A DNA stretch of 51,165 nt from a virus (IMGVR_UViG_3300042506_000517:1-51165), one strand, 5' to 3'. Positions 39,647 through 46,958 are shown, counted from the first letter of the stretch. A program made the numbers and translations. Notes: generated from the sequence alone by a model not told the origin.

Positions 39647-40447
39647 ATGAATACTAATATTACAGCAAATGCCACAGTTACAAAAAAATTAGACGTTACA
39701 AAATTAATTACGTACTTAGCAGTTCCAATTATTTTTTTAGGTCTAATTGTCTATTTTGTATTCTTAAATAACAGTTATAAAAACTTGACGGATAAATTTA
39801 CAAAACAAGTTGAAATTGTAAATAGTCAAAATTTAATCATAACAAACATATCACTGAAAAATTCAGAACTATCCACGTTAATTAAAAATTATGATCAAAA
39901 ATTTAGCTTCCTACAAACAAATGTAACACACCTAAAACAACTTACAGACAATCTAAAAAAATCATCTGATGATAAAGACATAAAAATTAAATCGCTTGAA
40001 CAAGAAAAAGGATCACTAGAATTAGATGTCAAGTCACTACGCAATACTATAGTACAAATGACAGCAGAAATCGTAGAATATAGCGACGAATTGAAAAAAG
40101 CAAAAACTGAACCCGAACAAAATGATTTGATTAAAAAGATCGTTACACTCACTTCAGAAAGAAATTTCTTGCAAGATCAAGTCAAACAATATGAAAAAAT
40201 TATTGCTGAATTAAGAAAAGAAAATACCAATTTAACCGCTAAATTAAGAGAAAATCTCAAAAAAGAAGGATACGAATTCAACCATCAAATTGGTGAACAT
40301 CCAAAAGGAGCAGAATTATTAATGAAAATTTCCAGAGAAAATTTAAATAAAAAATTGGACGAACTAAATAAATCAAAAGAAAAAGAAGAACCAAAAATTG
40401 AAGAAAAACCCAAAAAACAAGGGTTTTTTAAGAATCTTTTCAAATAA
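39647..40447 (+). CDS. membrane-anchored coiled-coil protein
   Basis: One TM helix then long heptad region. Confidence 0.7.
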   Translation: MNTNITANATVTKKLDVTKLITYLAVPIIFLGLIVYFVFLNNSYKNLTDKFTKQVEIVNSQNLIITNISLKNSELSTLIKNYDQKFSFLQTNVTHLKQLTDNLKKSSDDKDIKIKSLEQEKGSLELDVKSLRNTIVQMTAEIVEYSDELKKAKTEPEQNDLIKKIVTLTSERNFLQDQVKQYEKIIAELRKENTNLTAKLRENLKKEGYEFNHQIGEHPKGAELLMKISRENLNKKLDELNKSKEKEEPKIEEKPKKQGFFKNLFK

Positions 40448-40459
40448 AATTATACAATT

Positions 40460-40933
40460 ATGCCATACGAATACCACGCAAAAGTTACAGAAGTTATAGA
40501 CGGTGACACAGTTGTTATTGATATTGACCTCGGATTTGATGTTGTCTTTATAAACCAAAAAGTACGACTTTTAGGAATTGATACCCCAGAAAGCCGTACT
40601 TCAGACAAAACAGAAAAAGCGTTTGGCGTAGCAAGCAAAGAATACGCAAAGAAATTTGTTGAAGCTTGCAAAGACAAAAATGTAGTCATTAGAACCCATA
40701 TCAGTGATGATGTAGATTCCAATGGCAGAGAGAAATTTGGTCGTCTTTTAGGTGAAATCATCAATCCAGTCACCAAAAAGGTTCTAAATGATGAACTAAT
40801 TACTAATGGTTATGCCGTCCGTTATATGGGCGAAAATAAAGATAAAGTAAAAGATCAACACCTAAAAAATAGAAAACGCCTCATTGACGAAGGCGTTGTG
40901 AAAATGTCTTATAAAGACGCTGGTATACTATAA
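40460..40933 (+). CDS. thermonuclease (SNase) family nuclease
   Basis: VIDGDT, VRLLGIDTPE, KFGRLL, LITNGYA. Confidence 0.92.
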   Translation: MPYEYHAKVTEVIDGDTVVIDIDLGFDVVFINQKVRLLGIDTPESRTSDKTEKAFGVASKEYAKKFVEACKDKNVVIRTHISDDVDSNGREKFGRLLGEIINPVTKKVLNDELITNGYAVRYMGENKDKVKDQHLKNRKRLIDEGVVKMSYKDAGIL

Positions 40934-40948
40934 AAATAGTATTCTATA

Positions 40949-42475
40949 TTATCTAAGTACTGTAAATTTCAAGCTCTTAATATTGAGCTTGAAATTTTTA
41001 TTTTGCACTTTGCTCAATACTAATTTAATTGACTTTGGATATCCAGATAAAGATGTATTCAAATTATTTGTCAATGATTGTTGACCAATACCAATTGTCA
41101 TTGGAAATTCATGTGCAGCATTTAAATTTGTATCTGGTACTCTACCATCCAATACATTAATACGTCCAATATAATTAGTCTGATTTACATATACACTAAT
41201 ATTAAACTTGCCCGCATATGAAATTGGACCTGTTTCAACCGTAAATACTGACAACTTAGAATCTACATTCAACAAATCTTTTAATTGTTGATTTTCAGAT
41301 ATATCCAATACAAGTCCATCTTTTGTCAATTCACCACTTACAGGAATTGTTACTGACTTTGGTATAGTTTTAACAACCGTAGAAGTCAATTTAATAGGTT
41401 CATCAGACGGTGGTTGATATGTAATATTAGTAAGTTTAGTGACTATATCCTTAACAGTTACCTTTAAGGGACTACCATCTATGTCTGTATATGTATATTC
41501 TTGTTGTCCCCAAGGACCATTTGGATCAGGCATTTCATTCTTATACAATGACCAAATACGATCAATATTACCATGATGCATAAAGAATATAGGATCATTC
41601 GCAGCATATCTCAATGTTCCCATATTTCTATTATTACCAAAACGTGTGCCTACCCAATCATGTCCATTATTATGTGGTCCTTGTTCCAATAACCCTTGTC
41701 CACTTGGTGTAGTTGGATTTTCTACCGCTTTACCACCAAAAAGTTCAAATGGAGCTTGTAAAATCGCATTTATATAATCACGACTCATATACCACTTTGT
41801 TTCCGTAATGTGTTGCTTAGAATCAGCACTTACTTCATTACTAGGGTCCATTGTTGGTTGTAAAATAGATGGCTTTCTATTACCGTCATATAAAGCCAAA
41901 TTATCAAAACCAAGACTGTCCGCCTGTACCATATCTTCTTGCGTCAAATCATATCCAAATAATGGACTCGCCAATCCAGAATCTTTACGAAGCTTTGTGT
42001 TTGGTATCTCTTGATGATTACTCCAATCCCAATATGGATACGCAAATGCATCCCCATTCCATCCAAAATTAGTCTTTAATATATTATCCAATATACGTTC
42101 CAAGAAGTAAACATATCCACGATGCCATGGCAAAAAATGCCAACTCCAATGCACTTGTACCATTGATACTCCTGAATTTGTACAATGATACGCATGTAAC
42201 TTAGCATAATTCTCCCACTGCAATGTACTGTTCAACGCTATATCCTTACGCATATATCCAACTGCACGACACAAATTCTTTACTTCATCATCACTCAAAT
42301 CATAAAAACTCTTACGAATTCGTGGCGGTTCATTTTTAAAATTAAACCTCTTGCCACCAGTCGCTGGTCCACACGTTGGATCATTAATCGGTTGTTTAGA
42401 TGTTGCATTTAAATTTAATCCAAGTGTACCCGTAAGTAACCCAGACTTTAAAAAAGTTCTTCTTGTTGTATCCAT
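40949..42475 (-). CDS. Tat-exported tyrosinase/polyphenol oxidase
   Basis: TRRTFLK Tat motif; CuA HAYHC...VHWSWHFLPWHR; CuB HNNGH...DPIFFMHHGNIDRIW. Confidence 0.9.
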   Translation of the reverse strand: MDTTRRTFLKSGLLTGTLGLNLNATSKQPINDPTCGPATGGKRFNFKNEPPRIRKSFYDLSDDEVKNLCRAVGYMRKDIALNSTLQWENYAKLHAYHCTNSGVSMVQVHWSWHFLPWHRGYVYFLERILDNILKTNFGWNGDAFAYPYWDWSNHQEIPNTKLRKDSGLASPLFGYDLTQEDMVQADSLGFDNLALYDGNRKPSILQPTMDPSNEVSADSKQHITETKWYMSRDYINAILQAPFELFGGKAVENPTTPSGQGLLEQGPHNNGHDWVGTRFGNNRNMGTLRYAANDPIFFMHHGNIDRIWSLYKNEMPDPNGPWGQQEYTYTDIDGSPLKVTVKDIVTKLTNITYQPPSDEPIKLTSTVVKTIPKSVTIPVSGELTKDGLVLDISENQQLKDLLNVDSKLSVFTVETGPISYAGKFNISVYVNQTNYIGRINVLDGRVPDTNLNAAHEFPMTIGIGQQSLTNNLNTSLSGYPKSIKLVLSKVQNKNFKLNIKSLKFTVLR

Positions 42476-42478
42476 ATT

Positions 42479-42646
42479 TTATTTTGTTTTATTTGTTACC
42501 CAACCAATTCGATGTTTATACATCCAATCAGTCAATGCCTTTTCAAATCCTATATCATTACCTTGCTTTTCACTTTCAATCCATTTATGCTTTTCTATCT
42601 CATTCTTTAATTCCATAAACTTTTGATATAGATTATCTTTTTGCAT
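42479..42646 (-). CDS. 55-aa DUF4032-like protein (not in ORF track)
   Basis: MQKDNLYQKFMELKNEIEKHKWIESEKQGNDIGFEKALTDW...; HKW..SE..G.D.G...A..DW signature. Confidence 0.7.
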   Translation of the reverse strand: MQKDNLYQKFMELKNEIEKHKWIESEKQGNDIGFEKALTDWMYKHRIGWVTNKTK

Positions 42647-42701
42647 ACAAAAATAAATACAAATTTCAAACGCAAATGTAACATTTTTGTTTATTTAAAA
42701 A

Positions 42702-42779
42702 TGGAGTCCCGTGTTGGATTTGCACCAACGATTTTAGAGTTTTGCAGACTCTCGCTTTTGTCTACTCAGCCAACGGGAC
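42702..42779 (-). tRNA. tRNA-Cys(GCA)
   Basis: Loop CTGCAAA, U73, CCA. Confidence 0.9.
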
Positions 42780-42799
42780 ATAAAAATATAATATCAAAG

Positions 42800-43714
42800 T
42801 TACCAAGCCCTACATGACCAATACCTGGCTTTAGTACGTGGACCAGGATTATCACAATTATGTCTTGCTCTAAAGTTTTTTCTACGTGCTGGATTATTCT
42901 TTTTTATGGTCATTCTTTTACCTTTAGCTGAAGATCCACCAAATCCAAAATTTACCTTAACCACTTTTCCTTTAGGATTTTTAACGTATACTTTAAATTT
43001 CTTGACATCACCTTGCATTCGTTTACCAAGGCTCACTTTACGACCACGATATTCCGCTTCACATAATGGTTGTTTATATTCTCGCATGAATTGAACAAAT
43101 TCTTTTATATCTTGTTCACTTTCAACATCATATTCTTCTATATTGTCGTCATCTTCTAAACCAGGTGTAAGTTTTTTTGAAGTACGAGATACAATTCCTA
43201 ACTTTTTAAAAATAAAAGATATAGCTTGACGTGTTACTCCTAGTTTTTTTGCAATCTCATCATGCGTCATTCCACTATTATACAAATCTTTAATTTGTTT
43301 CAAATCTTCAGGTTTTACTTTTAACCGATGTAATGGTTGTTGATTTTTTGGTTTTATTCCTGCTTTTTTTAAAGCAGCATATACACTGTGCGGACTGACA
43401 TTAAGTTTTTTTAAAATTTCTGAAAATGACACTCCGCTTTGATATAAATCAACAATTTGTTTATGAATTGGTTTAATAGCATGTTGATTTTTTGGTTTTA
43501 TTCCTGCTTTTTTTAAAGTAGCGTACACACCGTATGCACTAACATTAAGTTTTTTTAAAATTTCTGACAATGCCACTCCGCTTTGATATAAATCAACAAT
43601 TTGTTTCTGAATTTCAAGTGGTAGTTTCATACCAATTTCATTTAAAAACAATTCTTCTTTTAAAGATTGTAATTCTATATCATCAAAAAAATTTCTGTAT
43701 GTAAAAGGAATCAT
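42800..43714 (-). CDS. tandem HTH repeats fused to a basic C-terminal phage domain
   Basis: Two 48-aa repeats plus a third HTH; KKFKVYV...VNFG...RRKNFRARH.C...ARYWSC. Confidence 0.7.
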   Translation of the reverse strand: MIPFTYRNFFDDIELQSLKEELFLNEIGMKLPLEIQKQIVDLYQSGVALSEILKKLNVSAYGVYATLKKAGIKPKNQHAIKPIHKQIVDLYQSGVSFSEILKKLNVSPHSVYAALKKAGIKPKNQQPLHRLKVKPEDLKQIKDLYNSGMTHDEIAKKLGVTRQAISFIFKKLGIVSRTSKKLTPGLEDDDNIEEYDVESEQDIKEFVQFMREYKQPLCEAEYRGRKVSLGKRMQGDVKKFKVYVKNPKGKVVKVNFGFGGSSAKGKRMTIKKNNPARRKNFRARHNCDNPGPRTKARYWSCRAW

Positions 43715-43761
43715 AATTCATTATAAATATAATACACTTTAAATTAAAGTGTATTTTAAAA

Positions 43762-43837
43762 TGGAGCCTCCAGTAGGTACCGCCTCCGTTGGTTTCATCA
43801 TTACCAATGATATGTAATACTTTTATAATATGAAGAC
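43762..43837 (-). tRNA. tRNA-Thr(GGT), T stem degenerate (possible pseudogene)
   Basis: Loop TTGGTAA, acceptor GTCTTCA/TGGAGGC, CCA; T stem mismatched. Confidence 0.6.
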
Positions 43838-43888
43838 AAATAAAACTTTAAATTCTATCTTGTATCTACTCCAACATATATATCAAAT

Positions 43889-44671
43889 ATGTCTACACAA
43901 ACAAATACATCCACTCAAATAAACAATTCCGCTACCGCAACATCTGATAAAAATTCAGCAAGTGTTTCTTATACAAATACCGCAGAAGCTTCTGCAGGCG
44001 CAAGTGTAGGAAATAAAAACGCATCAATAGGTGTTGAAACATCAGTTAAAACTGGTACAGAAGCATCCGCTGCCGGTGGACTTGATGGTAACAACGTCTA
44101 CGCAAACGCAAGTTATAGTAGCGGTACAGAAGCTCACATTGTTGTAGATGGTAAAGTACAAAGTAATGGTGTAGGTGTTGCAGGTACTGCAGACGCTTAC
44201 GCAGTCAGTGGTACAAAAGCATCCGCAAATGTTCAAGCTGGTGACAAAGGTGTCGCAGTTGGTGCAGAAGGTTCTATTGGTACTGCTGTAGGTGTTGACG
44301 CTTCAGGTACAGCAAATGTAAGAGGCGCATCAGTTACCGCAGGTTCAGGAGTTAGTGTAGGTGAACAAGTTGGTGGTGGTGGTTCCGCTCAAGCCACTAT
44401 GGATAAAGGTAAAGTTACCGTTGGTGTAAGTGGTGACGTTGCAGTATTAGTTGGTGTAAAAGTAGATGTAAGTACTACAATTGATACAAATAAAGTTGTA
44501 CAAGATGCTAATACAGTCGCAAAAGCAACTCAACCAGTAGTTCAACAAACTACCAATGTAGCAAATACCGCCGTCAAAGAAACAACAAATGTTGTAAATA
44601 ATGCAGGTAATGCAATTAATGATGGTGCCAAAAAAGCAGGCAACTCAATCAAAAAAGCATTCAGATTCTAA
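43889..44671 (+). CDS. Gly/Ala/Ser/Val-rich repetitive beta-strand protein
   Basis: 260-aa ORF with strong codon bias, convergent with tRNA array B. Confidence 0.8.
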   Translation: MSTQTNTSTQINNSATATSDKNSASVSYTNTAEASAGASVGNKNASIGVETSVKTGTEASAAGGLDGNNVYANASYSSGTEAHIVVDGKVQSNGVGVAGTADAYAVSGTKASANVQAGDKGVAVGAEGSIGTAVGVDASGTANVRGASVTAGSGVSVGEQVGGGGSAQATMDKGKVTVGVSGDVAVLVGVKVDVSTTIDTNKVVQDANTVAKATQPVVQQTTNVANTAVKETTNVVNNAGNAINDGAKKAGNSIKKAFRF

Positions 44672-44673
44672 AA

Positions 44674-44750
44674 TGGTACACCCGGCAGGACTTGAACCTG
44701 CAACCTTCTCGGTAGAAACGAGTTGCTCTATCCAATTGAGCTACGAGTGC
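44674..44750 (-). tRNA. tRNA-Arg(TCT)
   Basis: Loop TTTCTAC, CCA. Confidence 0.88.
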
Positions 44751-44756
44751 ATTGAA

Positions 44757-44826
44757 TTTGTTAGTAGTTATGTTCTCACCAGTGATCACTGAGTAAAGGG
44801 AATTGAACCCAACATTTACTAACAAA
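44757..44826 (-). ncRNA. permuted tRNA-like RNA (T arm precedes D-like element) closed by a long terminal stem
   Basis: TTTGTTAGTA/TACTAACAAA stem, ATGTT/AACAT, GGGTTCAATTCCC, CTGGTGAGAAC. Confidence 0.5.
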
Positions 44827-44828
44827 AA

Positions 44829-44902
44829 TGGTTGGCTATCACGGTACCGCCCCGTGTTCTTTCGATTATCAGTCGAATGCTCTACTATTGAGCTAATAGC
44901 CA
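44829..44902 (-). tRNA. tRNA-Ile(GAT)
   Basis: Loop CTGATAA, T loop GGCGGTA, CCA. Confidence 0.88.
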
Positions 44903-44909
44903 ATTGAAA

Positions 44910-44985
44910 TGGCGAGGTATATGGGTGCTGCCCCCACTATCTTTTCCGTGACAGGGAAATGAGTCTGCTGTTCCTCTTATACCCC
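44910..44985 (-). tRNA. tRNA-Asp(GTC)
   Basis: Loop CTGTCAC, G73, T loop GGCAGCA. Confidence 0.88.
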
Positions 44986-44991
44986 AAAAAA

Positions 44992-45066
44992 TGGTAGGGC
45001 TCTACGGTAACGATCCGTATTCTACTGGTTAAAAGCCAGTTGCTTCACCGTTAAAGCTTGAACCCC
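44992..45066 (-). tRNA. tRNA-Lys(TTT)
   Basis: Loop CTTTTAA, T loop ATCGTTA, CCA. Confidence 0.88.
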
Positions 45067-45074
45067 ATTGAAAT

Positions 45075-45153
45075 TGGTGCAAGTGGTGGATACTGCCTCC
45101 ACACGAATATTCTGATTAAGAGTCAGATGCCCGTCTATTGTAGCTTCACTTGC
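45075..45153 (-). tRNA. tRNA-Lys(CTT)
   Basis: Loop CTCTTAA, T loop GGCAGTA, CCA. Confidence 0.85.
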
Positions 45154-45239
45154 ATTAAAAAATTGTATCTACTATTGTCAACGAACTATAATCATCTTAC
45201 CACACTTTATCCGCCCGTCAACAATCTTATTAAAAAATA

Positions 45240-45377
45240 TTCTGAACAAATCAACTTTATATGAGTGGTAGCTGCACCCACTCTCCGTATTCCCAAATTA
45301 ACCGTCTGGCCACATTCAAGGGCTTTCACTTGGATAGTTGATACCGGAGTATAGCGTTGCCTTCGCCTAGTTCAGAA
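45240..45377 (-). ncRNA. unidentified structured RNA inside array B
   Basis: Terminal TTCTGAAC/GTTCAGAA stem plus several internal complementary pairs. Confidence 0.5.
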
Positions 45378-45382
45378 AAAAA

Positions 45383-45457
45383 TGGTGGCTCAGGTCAGAC
45401 TTGAACTGACAACACGAAGTTCTTCAGACTTCTGCTCTACATTGGAGCTACTGAGCC
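45383..45457 (-). tRNA. tRNA-Phe(GAA)
   Basis: Loop CTGAAGA, CCA. Confidence 0.9.
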
Positions 45458-45467
45458 ATTAAAGTAA

Positions 45468-45548
45468 TTGACAAGTCAAAGGAATTGAACCTTTTCGGAA
45501 CAGAGTCGCCTGCTCCTTTACCACGCCCTGCGCACTAGCACCTGTCAA
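45468..45548 (-). ncRNA. tRNA-like RNA without CCA
   Basis: TTGACAGGT/ACTTGTCAA stem, GGAGCAG/CTGTTCC arm, T arm AAAGGTTCAATTCCTTT. Confidence 0.5.
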
Positions 45549-45552
45549 AATC

Positions 45553-45695
45553 AAGATGTATGGTTGGATTCGAACCAACGGCTACTTTTACAACCGTAAC
45601 ATGACGGATTGTTTTTTACAACCTAACATAAGATTTTTACGGGCTTACCCCATAGTTAGGTACTCTGCTCTGCCAACTGAGCTACATACAATCTT
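45553..45695 (-). ncRNA. tRNA-like RNA with a large structured insert replacing the anticodon arm
   Basis: Canonical D arm TAGCTCAGTTGGCAGAGC, T arm GTTGGTTCGAATCCAAC, TGTATG/CATACA stem, no CCA. Confidence 0.6.
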
Positions 45696-45700
45696 TAAAA

Positions 45701-45786
45701 TGGTGGGGTATGTAGGTAATGCGCCTACCGAGCCTTTCAGCGCCAGATTTACAGTCTGGACCATCTCTTTAATGGTATAATACCCC
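45701..45786 (-). tRNA. tRNA-Tyr(GTA)
   Basis: Loop CTGTAAA, long variable arm, CCA. Confidence 0.88.
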
Positions 45787-45807
45787 GAAAAATTATTTAC
45801 GGAAAAA

Positions 45808-45882
45808 TGGCTCTGGGAGAATGAATTGAACACTCATAAGGCACATTAACAGTGTGCTGCATTACCATTATGCTATCCCAGA
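45808..45882 (-). tRNA. tRNA-Asn(GTT)
   Basis: Loop CTGTTAA, G73, CCA. Confidence 0.9.
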
Positions 45883-45890
45883 ATTGAAAT

Positions 45891-45968
45891 TGGCTCCAGC
45901 CCTTGGCTCCGCCCCAAGCTCGACACGGTTTAACAGACCGCCGGTTACACTAAGTTTCCTTGACTGGA
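45891..45968 (-). tRNA. tRNA-Asn(GTT), second divergent copy
   Basis: Loop CTGTTAA, T loop GGCGGAG, CCA. Confidence 0.85.
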
Positions 45969-46029
45969 GTTAAAAAAATGTTTACTGGATTTCAACGAAC
46001 GTTCCATCTACTACTTATAACCTCGTCAG

Positions 46030-46059
46030 ATTATAACATTCAATGTCTATCAGTGTCAA
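46030..46059 (-). promoter_or_regulatory. consensus sigma70 promoter inside array B
   Basis: TTGACA-18-TATAAT with extended -10 TG. Confidence 0.7.
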
Positions 46060-46169
46060 TACATTACTTACTACTTCAACTATTGATTCAGATTCGAACT
46101 GAATTACTTCTGCTCATATGCAGTTGTTTTACCAATTAAACTACGTTCGCTGCCTTCACCTAATGTATT
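46058..46169 (-). ncRNA. tRNA-like RNA or pseudo-tRNA lacking a normal acceptor end
   Basis: D arm TAGTTTAATTGGTAAAAC, CTGC/GCAG with 6-nt loop, T arm TTCAGTTCGAATCTGAA, distal AATACATTA/TAATGTATT stem. Confidence 0.5.
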
Positions 46170-46177
46170 TGAAAAAA

Positions 46178-46252
46178 TGGCAAAGTGGGTGGGTAACGCT
46201 CCCACATAAAGCAGTTTTGGAGACTGCTGCATTTCTTGTCTGCCACCACCTT
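46178..46252 (-). tRNA. tRNA-Trp(CCA)
   Basis: Loop CTCCAAA, G73, CCA. Confidence 0.88.
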
Positions 46253-46259
46253 ACTAAAT

Positions 46260-46337
46260 TGGTGCTTCAATGAGGATTCGAACCCCAAACTCAATGTCCG
46301 TAGCATTGCGTGATATATCCATTTTCACCACCGAAGC
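46260..46337 (-). tRNA. tRNA-Arg(ACG)
   Basis: Loop CTACGGA, CCA. Confidence 0.9.
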
Positions 46338-46343
46338 ATAAAT

Positions 46344-46419
46344 TGGGGTGATATACGAGTGCTGCCCTCGTTCCGTGAGTTTCACAAACTCAAATGCTAA
46401 CTGTTACACCAATATCACC
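46344..46419 (-). tRNA. tRNA-His(GTG)
   Basis: Loop TTGTGAA, G-1:C73, CCA. Confidence 0.9.
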
Positions 46420-46431
46420 ATTACTATAAAT

Positions 46432-46513
46432 TGGAGCCGTTGACAGGATTCGAACCTGCGATGATTTTCCAGTTTACAAAACTGGTGTTTTCAACCACTC
46501 AACTCACAACGGC
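46432..46513 (-). tRNA. tRNA-Thr(TGT)
   Basis: Loop TTTGTAA, CCA. Confidence 0.9.
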
Positions 46514-46555
46514 GTTAAAATTACTTATACACATACCAAATAACAATAACCTCAG

Positions 46556-46681
46556 TTATGTCATTATCGCCCTATAGGTTCTGTATTTCAGCATAACACC
46601 CACGGACCAATCAATTGATTTTCCCAGTCTTTACCTTTGGTTACTGGCGGTGGCTCAACAGATGGAGTTTCAAGCCTGTCC
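46556..46681 (-). ncRNA. unidentified structured RNA, copy 2 (head of tRNA array B)
   Basis: Homologous to 36753..36859 with a longer variable hairpin; preceded by TTGACG-16-TACACT. Confidence 0.7.
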
Positions 46682-46814
46682 TTATCTTCTATAAGTGTAT
46701 CAGAAATTATTGCTTCGTCAACACCTTTTTAAAATTTCACTTTCATTGCCCAATGAACCGCTTACGCCGCTCACTGTTTAACTACTCTACCACACTCTCA
46801 AAGAACTTCAACAC

Positions 46815-46852
46815 AAAAAACAAAAAAACCGTCACTTATTCAGTTGACGGTT
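46815..46852 (-). terminator. intrinsic terminator of attenuator B
   Basis: AACCGTC-A-ACT-GAATA-AGT-GACGGTT followed by TTTTTGTTTTTT. Confidence 0.85.
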
Positions 46853-46880
46853 GACATTGTTTCACTTTATCCACTTCACC

Positions 46881-46958
46881 CTACACAATATCACCGCCAA
46901 CACATTCACAATCCGTAAATGTATTCCAACGCTTAATATGTGTATAATTAACTCTCAT
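46881..46958 (-). CDS. putative leader peptide B, MRVNYTHIKRWNTFTDCECVGGDIV
   Basis: 25-codon ORF whose last codons are complementary to the terminator 5' arm; residues match tRNA array B. Confidence 0.75.
   Translation of the reverse strand: MRVNYTHIKRWNTFTDCECVGGDIV

Noticed and set aside
46085-46145. tRNA-Met/Ile(CAT)
   Set aside because: Loop is the 6-nt ATATGA and there is no acceptor stem or CCA; kept only as tRNA-like
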